IMG/VR virus record: IMGVR_UViG_3300020165_003419
Location: 1 to 64,000 of that record
Length of the DNA: 64,000 nt
Reading direction: 5' to 3' (one strand)
DNA from: a virus
In this document: piece after piece, positions 1 to 8,620 of the stretch
Layout of the letters: every line of letters starts with the position of its first letter
Numbering within the stretch: the stretch's first letter is position 1
The notes under the pieces: generated by a model
Seen by the model: only the letters and a program-made list of their open reading frames with translations
Database searches by the model: none
Told to the model about the DNA's origin: nothing
Program-made: the position numbers and the translations under genes

Positions 1-453
1 GAATAACCAATCAACTTTACCGAGTTTGATACGCAGGGCATCTTCAACAATCGCACCATTTTGACTTAAAACCTCTTTTCCATATTCTACGTTTTTTCCA
101 ATCCCATCTGAATCGGGGATGAGGACAACGTGATCCTCTTCTACATTCTTTGGAATATCTTTACCTGTTGAATTTACGAGTAGCGTCTTATTGAAGCCTA
201 GTTCAATAAACGCATTCGCCATTTTATTGCCTCCACCGCCGACACCAACAAAACCAATATTAATCGAAGAGGGTGCTGTGTTTTCTGGCAAGAGGTCTTC
301 ATCAGAGTATTCCATCTGGAGTCCAAAGTCTTCTACCATACCGAAATCTTCAGCATCTACCTGTTCGTGATAGTGGTCTTTCTCCTGATTGAAGGAGGGT
401 GGTGGTTCTGCGGGAGGCAGAAAATCAAATTCGTTGTTATCGTTGTCGTTCAT
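1..453 (-). CDS. Tubulin/FtsZ-superfamily GTPase (PhuZ/TubZ-like), 5' part only; runs off the left edge
   Basis: Not in the ORF track. Manual translation from ATG at 453 is open to base 1: MNDNDNNEFDFLPPAEPPP...SINIGFVGVGGGGNKMANAFIELGFNKTLLVNST...DSDGIGKNVEYGKEVL...LGKVDWLF. It shows the T1 loop GVGGGGN and a T3-like GIGKNxxxG; the GGGTGS signature should lie just beyond the edge. Confidence 0.85.
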   Translation of the reverse strand, partial: MNDNDNNEFDFLPPAEPPPSFNQEKDHYHEQVDAEDFGMVEDFGLQMEYSDEDLLPENTAPSSINIGFVGVGGGGNKMANAFIELGFNKTLLVNSTGKDIPKNVEEDHVVLIPDSDGIGKNVEYGKEVLSQNGAIVEDALRIKLGKVDWLF

Positions 454-456
454 TGT

Positions 457-1431
457 TTATTCCTTCGATGCTACAGATTCTCTTGTAAACTGTGGCGGCT
501 TGCTGGATTTCTTCTTGGCGGTCTTAAGGTGACCTCGACGAGAACCAGTCTTGTTAGCCAACGCCAGTGCATCGACGAGAGAGACGATTCGGCGGCCCAA
601 ACGATCGTTTTCAACAGCCAACTTTATATTATCCATATATTTTTCTAGAGATATATCAAGGCCTGCGTCTTCAAGAAACTGGGCTATCGTTGGCTTGTCA
701 AAAACGCTGAGGGCGCCGCCGGCTGCTTTCCATGCAGCTTTTTCTTGAGCGTCAGGTCTTCTTTCGGCGCCGTGCTTCTCTAGATCTGGGTTGGGTATCT
801 TGGTAAATGTGTCTTTAAATTTTCCACGAACCTTTGGTGGGACTAAGTCTCGCATCCGAAAGCCTTCGTCATCTCCAAATTCCTCGGCCAATGTCGCTTC
901 AATTTCTTCTTTGACAATTTCCTCAAGACCAGCATAGCCGCTGCGTTGGTTATAACGATCACCGACTTGTTGGGCAACCGCATTGCGGCGCCTTCTCTCG
1001 GCGTTCGCATTTTTCTTTTTCAGCTTGTCGTATTCCCGGTCGTCACGGCGCCGGCGAATGTTATCTGGATGATCAGGATCGTCCGGGCTTATACCCGTTG
1101 AGCGTCGTTTCGAACCCGTATCGCGTGGACCAACCTCTCTATTGGTTGGTGTAGTGCTCACTATCTTTTTAAGATTAGCTATCAAACTAAGCAAGTCGGG
1201 ATCATTTCCCTCGTCGTGGCTCTCTAATGTTTCGATAGCATCATTGATCGAGTCGATATCCACGCCGCCAGATGATGGCGGTCCGCTAGTCTTCCAACCG
1301 GGCAGACTTGCAGCTATTTGTTTCATGTCTTTTGATTTTTGAGAAAAACCTAACATGTCCATAAAGCCTTCATCAAGTCCGGATAATTCTTCTGCGATAA
1401 TATCTTTAAGTTCTGATCTTTTGATTTTCAT
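457..1431 (-). CDS. Hypothetical protein with MKIxxSELKxIIxEE leader (putative head-internal protein)
   Basis: 324-aa ORF. N-terminus MKIKRSELKDIIAEELSGLDE, with an internal echo LEEIVKEEIEATLAEE. The start overlaps the stop of the upstream gene. Confidence 0.6.
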   Translation of the reverse strand: MKIKRSELKDIIAEELSGLDEGFMDMLGFSQKSKDMKQIAASLPGWKTSGPPSSGGVDIDSINDAIETLESHDEGNDPDLLSLIANLKKIVSTTPTNREVGPRDTGSKRRSTGISPDDPDHPDNIRRRRDDREYDKLKKKNANAERRRRNAVAQQVGDRYNQRSGYAGLEEIVKEEIEATLAEEFGDDEGFRMRDLVPPKVRGKFKDTFTKIPNPDLEKHGAERRPDAQEKAAWKAAGGALSVFDKPTIAQFLEDAGLDISLEKYMDNIKLAVENDRLGRRIVSLVDALALANKTGSRRGHLKTAKKKSSKPPQFTRESVASKE

Positions 1432-2345
1432 TTTTCTGTTCCGGGCTTGGCAGCTTTGTAAGCTGCTTTGTAATTAACCCCGCCAGATTGCATTTTTTTA
1501 ACCACACTTCCAAGATTAACTTGTCCGTCATGAGTTTCACCACCGTCGAACTGTGGCATATAACTTCTTTCTGGACCTTGTGGGGGTGGAAGTTGTGATA
1601 GATTGTTGGAGATAACATTAACAATTTGATTCATAGTGTCTTCGGGGGACATACCGGGCTTGACTCCCCACAATTTTTGAGCAGCAGGCACTTCAACAAT
1701 TTTTTGCAAATATTCGTCTCCCAACAAAATACCGCCTTCTGTTTTTTGTCCACGGCGCTCAAGGATCATTGATTTTATTTCGCCAGCACTTTTGCCCAGA
1801 ATATTATCGGTTGCATCAGCGGTCGCTTTGGGAACATTTCCGGCATCTGGTGGCATCGTAGCGACGATTGCTACTTGGGCAGACGCCAACTTATTCAACG
1901 GTCCGTCGCCCGGAAGATCAATATTTAATGCATTAATTTTTGCTTTGCTGCCGGCAGTCGCCCATGTCGATGACCACCGGTGATGACCATCGATAACAAG
2001 ATCTCCAGATGAAACAATGCTTTTTCCTCTACCGGTAATATCTCCTGTTAAGGAGTTCGTTACTGAGTTTAAGGTAGACAGTGGCCAGCCGACAGATTTC
2101 ATCAAACTAATTTGGTTTTGCGTAGGTTTCAAACCTCCCACTGGTGGCTGAGCTTTTGAAACGCTGATAGCCTCATCGTTAGGGCGTCCGTCACCCTCGC
2201 CGGATCCAAGCATAGCTCTGACTTTTGGATCTTTTCCTTCTGGTGAATTTAAAAAGTCCACGACAGGCACCACTTGCGCTTTGGAGAAATCTGGTGGCAG
2301 TTCCTCATTTACAAACTTTTTCCAGCTTTCCATTAACAGTTTCAT
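1428..2345 (-). CDS. ParB/Sulfiredoxin-like N-terminal domain protein with MKLLMESWKKFVNE leader
   Basis: LKPTQNQI...IVSSGDLVIDGHHRW is the ParB/Srx core motif; GGAG RBS upstream. Confidence 0.65.
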   Translation of the reverse strand: MKLLMESWKKFVNEELPPDFSKAQVVPVVDFLNSPEGKDPKVRAMLGSGEGDGRPNDEAISVSKAQPPVGGLKPTQNQISLMKSVGWPLSTLNSVTNSLTGDITGRGKSIVSSGDLVIDGHHRWSSTWATAGSKAKINALNIDLPGDGPLNKLASAQVAIVATMPPDAGNVPKATADATDNILGKSAGEIKSMILERRGQKTEGGILLGDEYLQKIVEVPAAQKLWGVKPGMSPEDTMNQIVNVISNNLSQLPPPQGPERSYMPQFDGGETHDGQVNLGSVVKKMQSGGVNYKAAYKAAKPGTEK

Positions 2346-2360
2346 TTGGTTGCAATCTCC

Positions 2361-5300
2361 TTATTGATTTACTCTTGCGTATCCGTTTTTCTTTTCAATC
2401 ACGATTTGCATATCAACACAGTCTTTGAGTGAATCAAGGTGGGAGATCAACAAAACGTTCTTAAAATACACTTTAATTAGTTCTAAGATCCGAATAAAAC
2501 CCTCCATATTTTCCTCGTCTAATGCTGTGCCGGGTTCGTCAAGGATAAACAAGTCGCCCTTTGGCAAAGAAGAAACAGACAATAGCGACAATCGAATTGC
2601 CATGGCCGCCATTGTTTTTTCTGCGCCGGATGCCATCTCAATTGGGCGTTCATTGTAAAGAGGGTGCTTAATGAAGATGTCAAATTTGTTGCCAGAGCTT
2701 TCAAAGAATATTTCAAAATCTACAATATTAGCAAGAACCTTGGCGATCTCTTCGTTGATCACTGGAATTTTCTTCTTAATCACGTCATATGCAATTCCGT
2801 TCGGGTGCATCGCCTGCATGAACAGGTCGTATGCTGCATATGAATTCTGCAAGTCTATGTGTTCTTTCTTTTGTTCTTCTAATGTTTCAATCTTTTGCTC
2901 GCAGGAGCCAAGCATTTTGACAACCTCTAATGTGTCAGATTCGCAGGCATCAAGATTACCTACCATGATTGTCACCTGATTGCTGAAGTTAGTGCGAGCA
3001 GTCATAAGTTCTTCAAGGTTTTCAATAGCATCTTTGTTTTCATCGTATTCCTTGATCATATTCGTAATATCTTTTAAATCAAGTTCTATCTTAGCTTGAG
3101 AGTTTTTATTTTTTTCTCTAAACAGCTTTAGTTCTGACAATTCTTTTTCGACTACCACCAACTCTGATGTAACCGATTCATATCTTGTTATGCTATTCTT
3201 AACATGTTCTGGTTTTAAACTGCTTAATTGCGTCTTTTTATCCTCAAGGACAACGATGTTCTCTTCGCGATAGGCTGCGGCTTTATGAGCATCTTTTACA
3301 AATGTGTTTTCAGAACAGAATCGACAATCTGGATCATACTCGTGGTTCTCCAGCATCTTTATCTTCTTGTTGGATTCAGCGATGTTTCGATTTAAGGATG
3401 TGATCTTCTTTGTAAGGGTATCAATTTTTGTTTTATCCTCTATGAAGCTCCCTATATCGACCGAGTCTATAATCTCATTGAGAGTATCGAGTTTGACCTG
3501 CTTTAGCCTAACCAAACTGTTTTGCTCAGAAATAGTAGTTGCTAACGAAACCAACATTCGTGACTTACTTTTCTGCTGCTCTCTTACGTTTCTAATGTCA
3601 ATTAGCTCTGCTGGGATTGCAGAAATTTGCTCATCTACGAGCATTAACGCTGTCTTGGTGGCTTCAATCTTTGCCTTAAGCTTGGTGCAGTTCGACTGAT
3701 TGGTTTCTGATTTTTCAATTTGCCGTGATAATAGTTCTCTTGTTTCTTCTATTTCTTCGTCATAACTTCTGTCTTCGTGCTTTTTAATTAAAACTTTAGC
3801 TTCAACAGAATTTTCCTTAGCCATCCTAAATTTCTTTTCAAATATCTCAAGATCCAAAAACTTTGCAATTATCTCTTTTCGGCGGGTAGAACCCTCATCG
3901 ATAAAAGCTAAAGCGCCGTGTTGAGAGGCTAAAGAAGATACCATGAAATCGTCAATCGTACCAAAATGCTTACGAATATTTGCGTCTGTTTGGTTACGAG
4001 TGGTGCCGTTAAGCGATGTAGTTTCCTCTGTGACTGGGTCATACACCTCAAAGTTGAGATCCGTCTTAGCTTCCATGGTCTCTTCACCCTTTAAGCGCTT
4101 GACGTATTTTTCAGATTCTCGCTCAATAGTGTATATCTTATTATTGCATTCAATAGTCAGTGTGCCCTTGCCGATTTCCCTGTTTTGATTAATGACATTA
4201 AGGTTCTTGCGCTCGTTCTTTGACGTTGTATTAAACAAAGTGTAAAGAGCAGCATCAATAATGGAGCTTTTACCGCTAAAGTTCTTTCCGAAAATTCCAA
4301 CAATACCACCAAGAGAACCAAAATTGACAACGTTATCTTCACCATAATTAAAAAGATTATCAAATTCAAACTTTGTCAGCTTCCAATTAACATTGCGCGA
4401 GACTTCCTCTTTCTCCTCAATAATTTTATTGTAAGTACGATTAAGCTCATAAACTTTTTCTAGAGTGTCAGAAGGAACCTGATGGTCCTTAAGGTACTCT
4501 GAGATAAGCTCCTCTTGTATCTTCGGATCTCGCAGGTTTTCGGAGCGTAATCCGTCTGTAATTTCCTCTACATTTCCGCGTTCTCCGCTAGCGCGGTTTA
4601 AGAAGGAGATACTCTCCGGTTTAAATCTGTGCTTAGCAATATCCATTGCTCGTTTCATTACATTGAGCGGCAGATTATTAGTGCTCACCAGCCGAAGGCG
4701 TGCGTTCATTGGAACATCAATCTTCTTTGGCATGCGCCCACGCAAGGTTAGTGGGATTGTGAAGAACGGCTTGGGGTTCTGCAATACAACAGGTTCAATC
4801 TCCCAGTCGTCCTTTGACTTAATATCCCAAATAAGAATTCCCTTATCGTTAGTCTCACCATGATTCTGTTGGACCGTCGAACCTGCGTACCAGATACGGC
4901 CGGCTTCATCTAAGAATTGGCGTCTGTGAATGTCGCCAAGCATTGCAAAATCAAAATCATCAAAGATCGTAATCTCGTCTTCACCAAAACTCATTGTCCA
5001 GTTGGTGTCAGTTTGGCAGCGACTAATCGAACCATGATACAAAGCAATATTGATCTTGTCTGTGTTGCTTGGCTTTACCCAGTTGTCTCTATCAAAGACT
5101 GACAGGACATTTAAACAGAAGTCATCGTTTAGGTGTGTTTCTCCTGAGTCCTTGAGCAAATGCAACCTAGGAAGGTTTAACGCATCTACGATGGGTGTAA
5201 GCGCATCTTGGCGGCTACTATTCTTTAGATTGCCGTCGTGGTTGCCCAAGATAATATATGTTGGTGCAATCTCTGCTAAGCTGCGAAAGAAGTCAGAACA

Positions 5301-5495
5301 CATCTCGACAAACTCAGGTGAGATTTGTGTCTTCGTGTGGGCGATGTCGCCGCAGTGGACAATATAGTCTACTTCTTGCTCTCGCAATGATTGGTATAGT
5401 TGGTCGAATACAATTCGGTATTCGTAATGATACTTTAGGTTTTTAATGTGAGTATCACTAATGTGTGCAAATTTCAAGGGTGCCTCCAGATACAA
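2361..5495 (-). CDS. Fused Mre11/SbcD nuclease - Rad50/SbcC ATPase (T4 gp47+gp46-like)
   Basis: Metallophosphoesterase motifs HISDTH, GDIAH, GNHD, LGDIH. Walker A GKNFSGKSS, coiled coil with zinc hook CRFC, signature ASGAE, Walker B ILDEP, D-loop ALD, H-loop ISH. An alternative TTG start at 5477 has a GGAGG RBS. Confidence 0.93.
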   Translation of the reverse strand: MYLEAPLKFAHISDTHIKNLKYHYEYRIVFDQLYQSLREQEVDYIVHCGDIAHTKTQISPEFVEMCSDFFRSLAEIAPTYIILGNHDGNLKNSSRQDALTPIVDALNLPRLHLLKDSGETHLNDDFCLNVLSVFDRDNWVKPSNTDKINIALYHGSISRCQTDTNWTMSFGEDEITIFDDFDFAMLGDIHRRQFLDEAGRIWYAGSTVQQNHGETNDKGILIWDIKSKDDWEIEPVVLQNPKPFFTIPLTLRGRMPKKIDVPMNARLRLVSTNNLPLNVMKRAMDIAKHRFKPESISFLNRASGERGNVEEITDGLRSENLRDPKIQEELISEYLKDHQVPSDTLEKVYELNRTYNKIIEEKEEVSRNVNWKLTKFEFDNLFNYGEDNVVNFGSLGGIVGIFGKNFSGKSSIIDAALYTLFNTTSKNERKNLNVINQNREIGKGTLTIECNNKIYTIERESEKYVKRLKGEETMEAKTDLNFEVYDPVTEETTSLNGTTRNQTDANIRKHFGTIDDFMVSSLASQHGALAFIDEGSTRRKEIIAKFLDLEIFEKKFRMAKENSVEAKVLIKKHEDRSYDEEIEETRELLSRQIEKSETNQSNCTKLKAKIEATKTALMLVDEQISAIPAELIDIRNVREQQKSKSRMLVSLATTISEQNSLVRLKQVKLDTLNEIIDSVDIGSFIEDKTKIDTLTKKITSLNRNIAESNKKIKMLENHEYDPDCRFCSENTFVKDAHKAAAYREENIVVLEDKKTQLSSLKPEHVKNSITRYESVTSELVVVEKELSELKLFREKNKNSQAKIELDLKDITNMIKEYDENKDAIENLEELMTARTNFSNQVTIMVGNLDACESDTLEVVKMLGSCEQKIETLEEQKKEHIDLQNSYAAYDLFMQAMHPNGIAYDVIKKKIPVINEEIAKVLANIVDFEIFFESSGNKFDIFIKHPLYNERPIEMASGAEKTMAAMAIRLSLLSVSSLPKGDLFILDEPGTALDEENMEGFIRILELIKVYFKNVLLISHLDSLKDCVDMQIVIEKKNGYARVNQ

Positions 5496-5499
5496 ATGT

Positions 5500-5542
5500 G
5501 CCTCTACTATACAAGTATATCTTGTTCAGTAGAGGCTGTCAA
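5500..5542 (-). promoter_or_regulatory. Sigma70-type promoter TTGACA-N17-TATACT inside an inverted repeat
   Basis: On the minus strand, -35 is at 5537-5542 and -10 at 5514-5519. Inverted arms GCCTCTACT/AGTAGAGGC lie at 5500-5508 and 5528-5536. Confidence 0.8.
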
Positions 5543-5556
5543 GTGTTTTTTTGCTA

Positions 5557-5889
5557 TTATGAATTTTTTACTATTGTGAGGATAGTGCGGAAATTGTGGG
5601 AGACACGAGGTGTCATCGAATTTCCAGTGTCTCGGTGGTATTGAACCAGATCAGTCCACATTCTGTTGTGGTCTGAACGAATAGTCTCGTAGTCGCGGGC
5701 TTTGATAAGGTCAATCATTTCTTGTAGAGCAGGCGGAACTTCATCGGCATATGCGGAGAGCATTCTATCTGCCATGTAATCCAGCTGCATACCGATGGCG
5801 TCTGCAGAATTATCGGTAGGAGGGCTTTCCAGAGTGCTCTCAAGCTCTTCCTTGATAATCTGTTTAAGCTGGGATTTTGTGATTTTCAT
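5557..5889 (-). CDS. Hypothetical protein with MKITKSQLKQIIKEE leader
   Basis: The likely start is ATG 5889, immediately after the upstream stop, rather than 5940; about 110 aa. Confidence 0.65.
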   Translation of the reverse strand: MKITKSQLKQIIKEELESTLESPPTDNSADAIGMQLDYMADRMLSAYADEVPPALQEMIDLIKARDYETIRSDHNRMWTDLVQYHRDTGNSMTPRVSHNFRTILTIVKNS

Positions 5890-5890
5890 T

Positions 5891-6124
5891 TTATCTAAGT
5901 GCGTCGAGCATATCTTGAACTTTGCGAAGAGGTTCTGCAAGGTCTTCTCGCTCTTGGCTCACAAGATACTGGATTACATCCTCAAGGCGTGCTGCTCCGC
6001 GAGCTTCGTCAGATGCATCGCCGTCGGGTCCGGTAACAATCGTCTCACCGTCCATTTCCATGTGACCTTCGGAAGTAATCTCTTCCATAATAATTTTTCT
6101 AAGTTGTTTTTTTGTGATTTTCAC
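5891..6124 (-). CDS. Small acidic protein with MKITKKQLRKIIMEE leader
   Basis: 77-aa ORF with a GTG start and AAGGAG RBS; leader nearly identical to the neighbouring gene. Confidence 0.65.
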   Translation of the reverse strand: MKITKKQLRKIIMEEITSEGHMEMDGETIVTGPDGDASDEARGAARLEDVIQYLVSQEREDLAEPLRKVQDMLDALR

Positions 6125-6134
6125 GGGGTTCTCC

Positions 6135-7073
6135 TTATACAGCCGACAATAAATCTAACAATAAATAGTCGTCATTGTCGATAAATGCAGCATTGTTTTT
6201 TCTTTCATTAAACACAGCCTTCGGCATCGAGCCTACGTCTTCGTATCCAGACACATCAATTTTGTAAAGTTCGATATCATACTTAAGTAATGTTTTAATA
6301 ACCCGACGTTCTTTGTCGGCTGCATCGGGGTCGAGGGCAATGTAGACTGGCGTGTCATTTCTAACGATCTCTCTGATGAGATCCGAATCTGTACGTAACG
6401 TTGAACCCAAAATGGGAACAGCATTTCCTGCGACCAGTGCATCAAAGATTCCCTCTACTATAGTTAGGTCTTTGTTCCAGTCTACATACAAATGATTGAA
6501 CACAATATTCTTGGATGCTTTTGGGTTCTTATATTTATATGAGTCTCCATTATACGATCGGCCAACAAAATAATTCACATCGCCATCATTATCGAAAGAG
6601 GGAAAGATGATCCTATTTCTATATTCTCCGCTAAAGCAGTACCCAATCTTCCATCGTACGATGTCTTCTTTGGTGATGCCGCGGCTTCTTAAATATCGAA
6701 GTGCGTACATGCCTGTAGCCGGGATCTTGTCGTGACAAAGACTTATGAATTCCGGCGGGAGTTCAAGTTTCTGCGCGCTTGTTCCAGACTCTGGTTCCAT
6801 AAAGAGGTCAGCAAATCTCTCAAGATCTGTCCGGTTCGTAATTGCGTCCCATTTCTGTAGTTGGATATACGAACCAAAACGTCTAACAACGCGCCTAATA
6901 TTACGACCCCGATAATCACAAATCCAACACTTATAAGCATTTTTATCCAAGTTAACAGAGAACTTACGCTTGTGGTGACCGCATTCCGGACACGCGAAAA
7001 GTAGCTCGTTGCCTTTGTCTGAGTAGTTTCCAAGCGTTTCATATAAAATCTTCTTTGCTTCTCTTTTGTTCAT
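6135..7073 (-). CDS. dnaG: DNA primase (zinc-binding domain + TOPRIM)
   Basis: CPECGH...CWIC zinc ribbon, YLRSRGI, RIIFP, FVGRS, KYKNP, IVEGIFDA, ALDPDA. Confidence 0.9.
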   Translation of the reverse strand: MNKREAKKILYETLGNYSDKGNELLFACPECGHHKRKFSVNLDKNAYKCWICDYRGRNIRRVVRRFGSYIQLQKWDAITNRTDLERFADLFMEPESGTSAQKLELPPEFISLCHDKIPATGMYALRYLRSRGITKEDIVRWKIGYCFSGEYRNRIIFPSFDNDGDVNYFVGRSYNGDSYKYKNPKASKNIVFNHLYVDWNKDLTIVEGIFDALVAGNAVPILGSTLRTDSDLIREIVRNDTPVYIALDPDAADKERRVIKTLLKYDIELYKIDVSGYEDVGSMPKAVFNERKNNAAFIDNDDYLLLDLLSAV

Positions 7074-7077
7074 GTGC

Positions 7078-7116
7078 CCTCATGTATAAGGTAACACATA
7101 CTAATGAGGCTGTCAA
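7078..7116 (-). promoter_or_regulatory. Sigma70-type promoter TTGACA-N17-TACCTT (extended -10 TG) inside an inverted repeat overlapping the primase RBS
   Basis: -35 at 7111-7116 and -10 at 7088-7093. It shares CTTGACAGCCTC with the promoter at 5537; arms are CCTCAT/ATGAGG. Confidence 0.7.
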
Positions 7117-7118
7117 GC

Positions 7119-7144
7119 AAAAAAACCCCGCCGGGATGGCGGGG
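7119..7144 (-). terminator. Rho-independent terminator downstream of the FKBP gene
   Basis: Minus strand CCCCGCC-ATCCC-GGCGGGG followed by a T run. Confidence 0.85.
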
Positions 7145-7166
7145 CTTAAATATAACAAAGCAGCTA

Positions 7167-7730
7167 TTATCCCTGCAATGCAGCAATAAGTTGCGCTTTG
7201 GTTGTGCGAGTGTTGACGTCAAGACCCTTATCGCGGGCGAACTCAAGAAGCTCAGACTTCTTCATCTTGGGACTCCAAGTGCCACCTGAAACAGAAACAG
7301 AACCGTTGTCTGTAGACACCAACTCAATCTCAAAGCTCAGTGTTTCGCCGGCTAGTGGGTGATTCATGTCGAGCAAGACGTTATCGTCTGATACTTCTAC
7401 AATCTTTGCCAAGAATGGACCCATTGGACCATTACCTTGTACTGTTCCGCCGATTTCAAATTCGAAACCTTCACCAAATGCGGTGCGCGGGACGTTTTGT
7501 ATAGCCTTTTCGTTACGATATCCGTAAGCGTTTTCGGGAGTCAATGTTACTGACTTGGTTTCCCCAACTGACATACCCACCACAGCATCATTAAACCCAC
7601 TGATCATGCGTCCGGAGCCAATCTCAAAATTAAGAGCTTGTCCACGAACACGCGAGTTATCAAATTCTGTCCCATCTGTGAGGGTGCCTTTATAATGGAC
7701 ATTTACATTTTGTCCGGTTGTTACTTTCAT
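7167..7730 (-). CDS. FKBP-type peptidyl-prolyl isomerase (SlyD/FkpB-like) with C-terminal HeH/SAP-like domain
   Basis: VHYKGTLTDGTEFDNS, GMSVGETKSVTLTPENAYG, LDMNHPLAGETLSFEIELV; tail MKKSELLEFARDKGLDVNTRTTKAQLIAAL. Confidence 0.92.
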   Translation of the reverse strand: MKVTTGQNVNVHYKGTLTDGTEFDNSRVRGQALNFEIGSGRMISGFNDAVVGMSVGETKSVTLTPENAYGYRNEKAIQNVPRTAFGEGFEFEIGGTVQGNGPMGPFLAKIVEVSDDNVLLDMNHPLAGETLSFEIELVSTDNGSVSVSGGTWSPKMKKSELLEFARDKGLDVNTRTTKAQLIAALQG

Positions 7731-7769
7731 TTTATCTCCTAGGTATGATGAAAGATCATCTTAAGTATA

Positions 7770-8075
7770 TTAACATGTGTGTTGATTGTTGTCAACATCT
7801 TTTTTAGAAATTTTAATCCACCAGCCCCACATAATCGGGACTGCTAACCAGTGAAGGCACACCACCCACGCTACCGGAATTCCAGAATAAAATATTGGGT
7901 GTACGTACTTCCCTAAGCCCGCGAATAAAAGCGGAAAAAGAACGTCCTCTATTATTTCCCAAGCCACAATTATAATAACTAAAGCTAACCCATGCTCTTT
8001 CATAGTCTTCTTGAGAGAATTTATGCTTACATGACTAAGCTTGTGGCTTACTCTGTGCTTAATCCATTTCCACAT
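7770..8075 (-). CDS. Small membrane protein
   Basis: 101 aa with hydrophobic segments; fits the operon packing. Confidence 0.55.
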   Translation of the reverse strand: MWKWIKHRVSHKLSHVSINSLKKTMKEHGLALVIIIVAWEIIEDVLFPLLFAGLGKYVHPIFYSGIPVAWVVCLHWLAVPIMWGWWIKISKKDVDNNQHTC

Positions 8076-8619
8076 TTTCTAATCTCCATCCTGCTTTAGC
8101 AACAACAATTGCGTCAGCTTTATCATATGAGTCTGGCTTGGGGTTTCCGTGCTTGGTATATTCTACCTTAAATGCTGGCTCGTTGTCAAGCAAATGTTTC
8201 AGTACGACTTGTTTTGCTTTTTGTCCTCTTGGAACTTTAATACCGGCTTGCTTACGGGCAGAAGTGGCGCCGATGAATTTTGGTTTAATTTCAAACAATT
8301 CATATATAAGCCAAGATGCGATACCGTTAAACCTTGTTAGGGTTGATAAGGTCTTGGCCGAAGATTTGCCACCCATGAACATATGGAGAGATTGCTCTAT
8401 GTAGATATGCTCTATAGGGTAGTCTGAATCCCCCCATCTATATTCGTTATCCAATTGATACATTTCGTATATATCCAATAACTTCTCTTTGAACGCGGCT
8501 GTCTTGTCAAACACGTCTTTATATTTACGAAGATCAATTGAATCGTAATAAACCAATTCACCTTCAGCTACGATTGCAACACCAGTTATACTGGTGCTGA
8601 CGTCAAATCCAATAATCAT
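8059..8619 (-). CDS. ruvC: RuvC-like Holliday junction resolvase
   Basis: IIGFDVSTSITG, IYIEQ and DKADAIVVA give the RNase H-fold catalytic acidic residues. Confidence 0.8.
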   Translation of the reverse strand: MIIGFDVSTSITGVAIVAEGELVYYDSIDLRKYKDVFDKTAAFKEKLLDIYEMYQLDNEYRWGDSDYPIEHIYIEQSLHMFMGGKSSAKTLSTLTRFNGIASWLIYELFEIKPKFIGATSARKQAGIKVPRGQKAKQVVLKHLLDNEPAFKVEYTKHGNPKPDSYDKADAIVVAKAGWRLENVEMD

Positions 8620-8620
8620 T

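Noticed and set aside
5890-5940. Longer start MQNLFAK... for the 5557 gene
   Set aside because: It overlaps the upstream gene; ATG 5889 gives the conserved MKITKSQLKQIIKEE leader.
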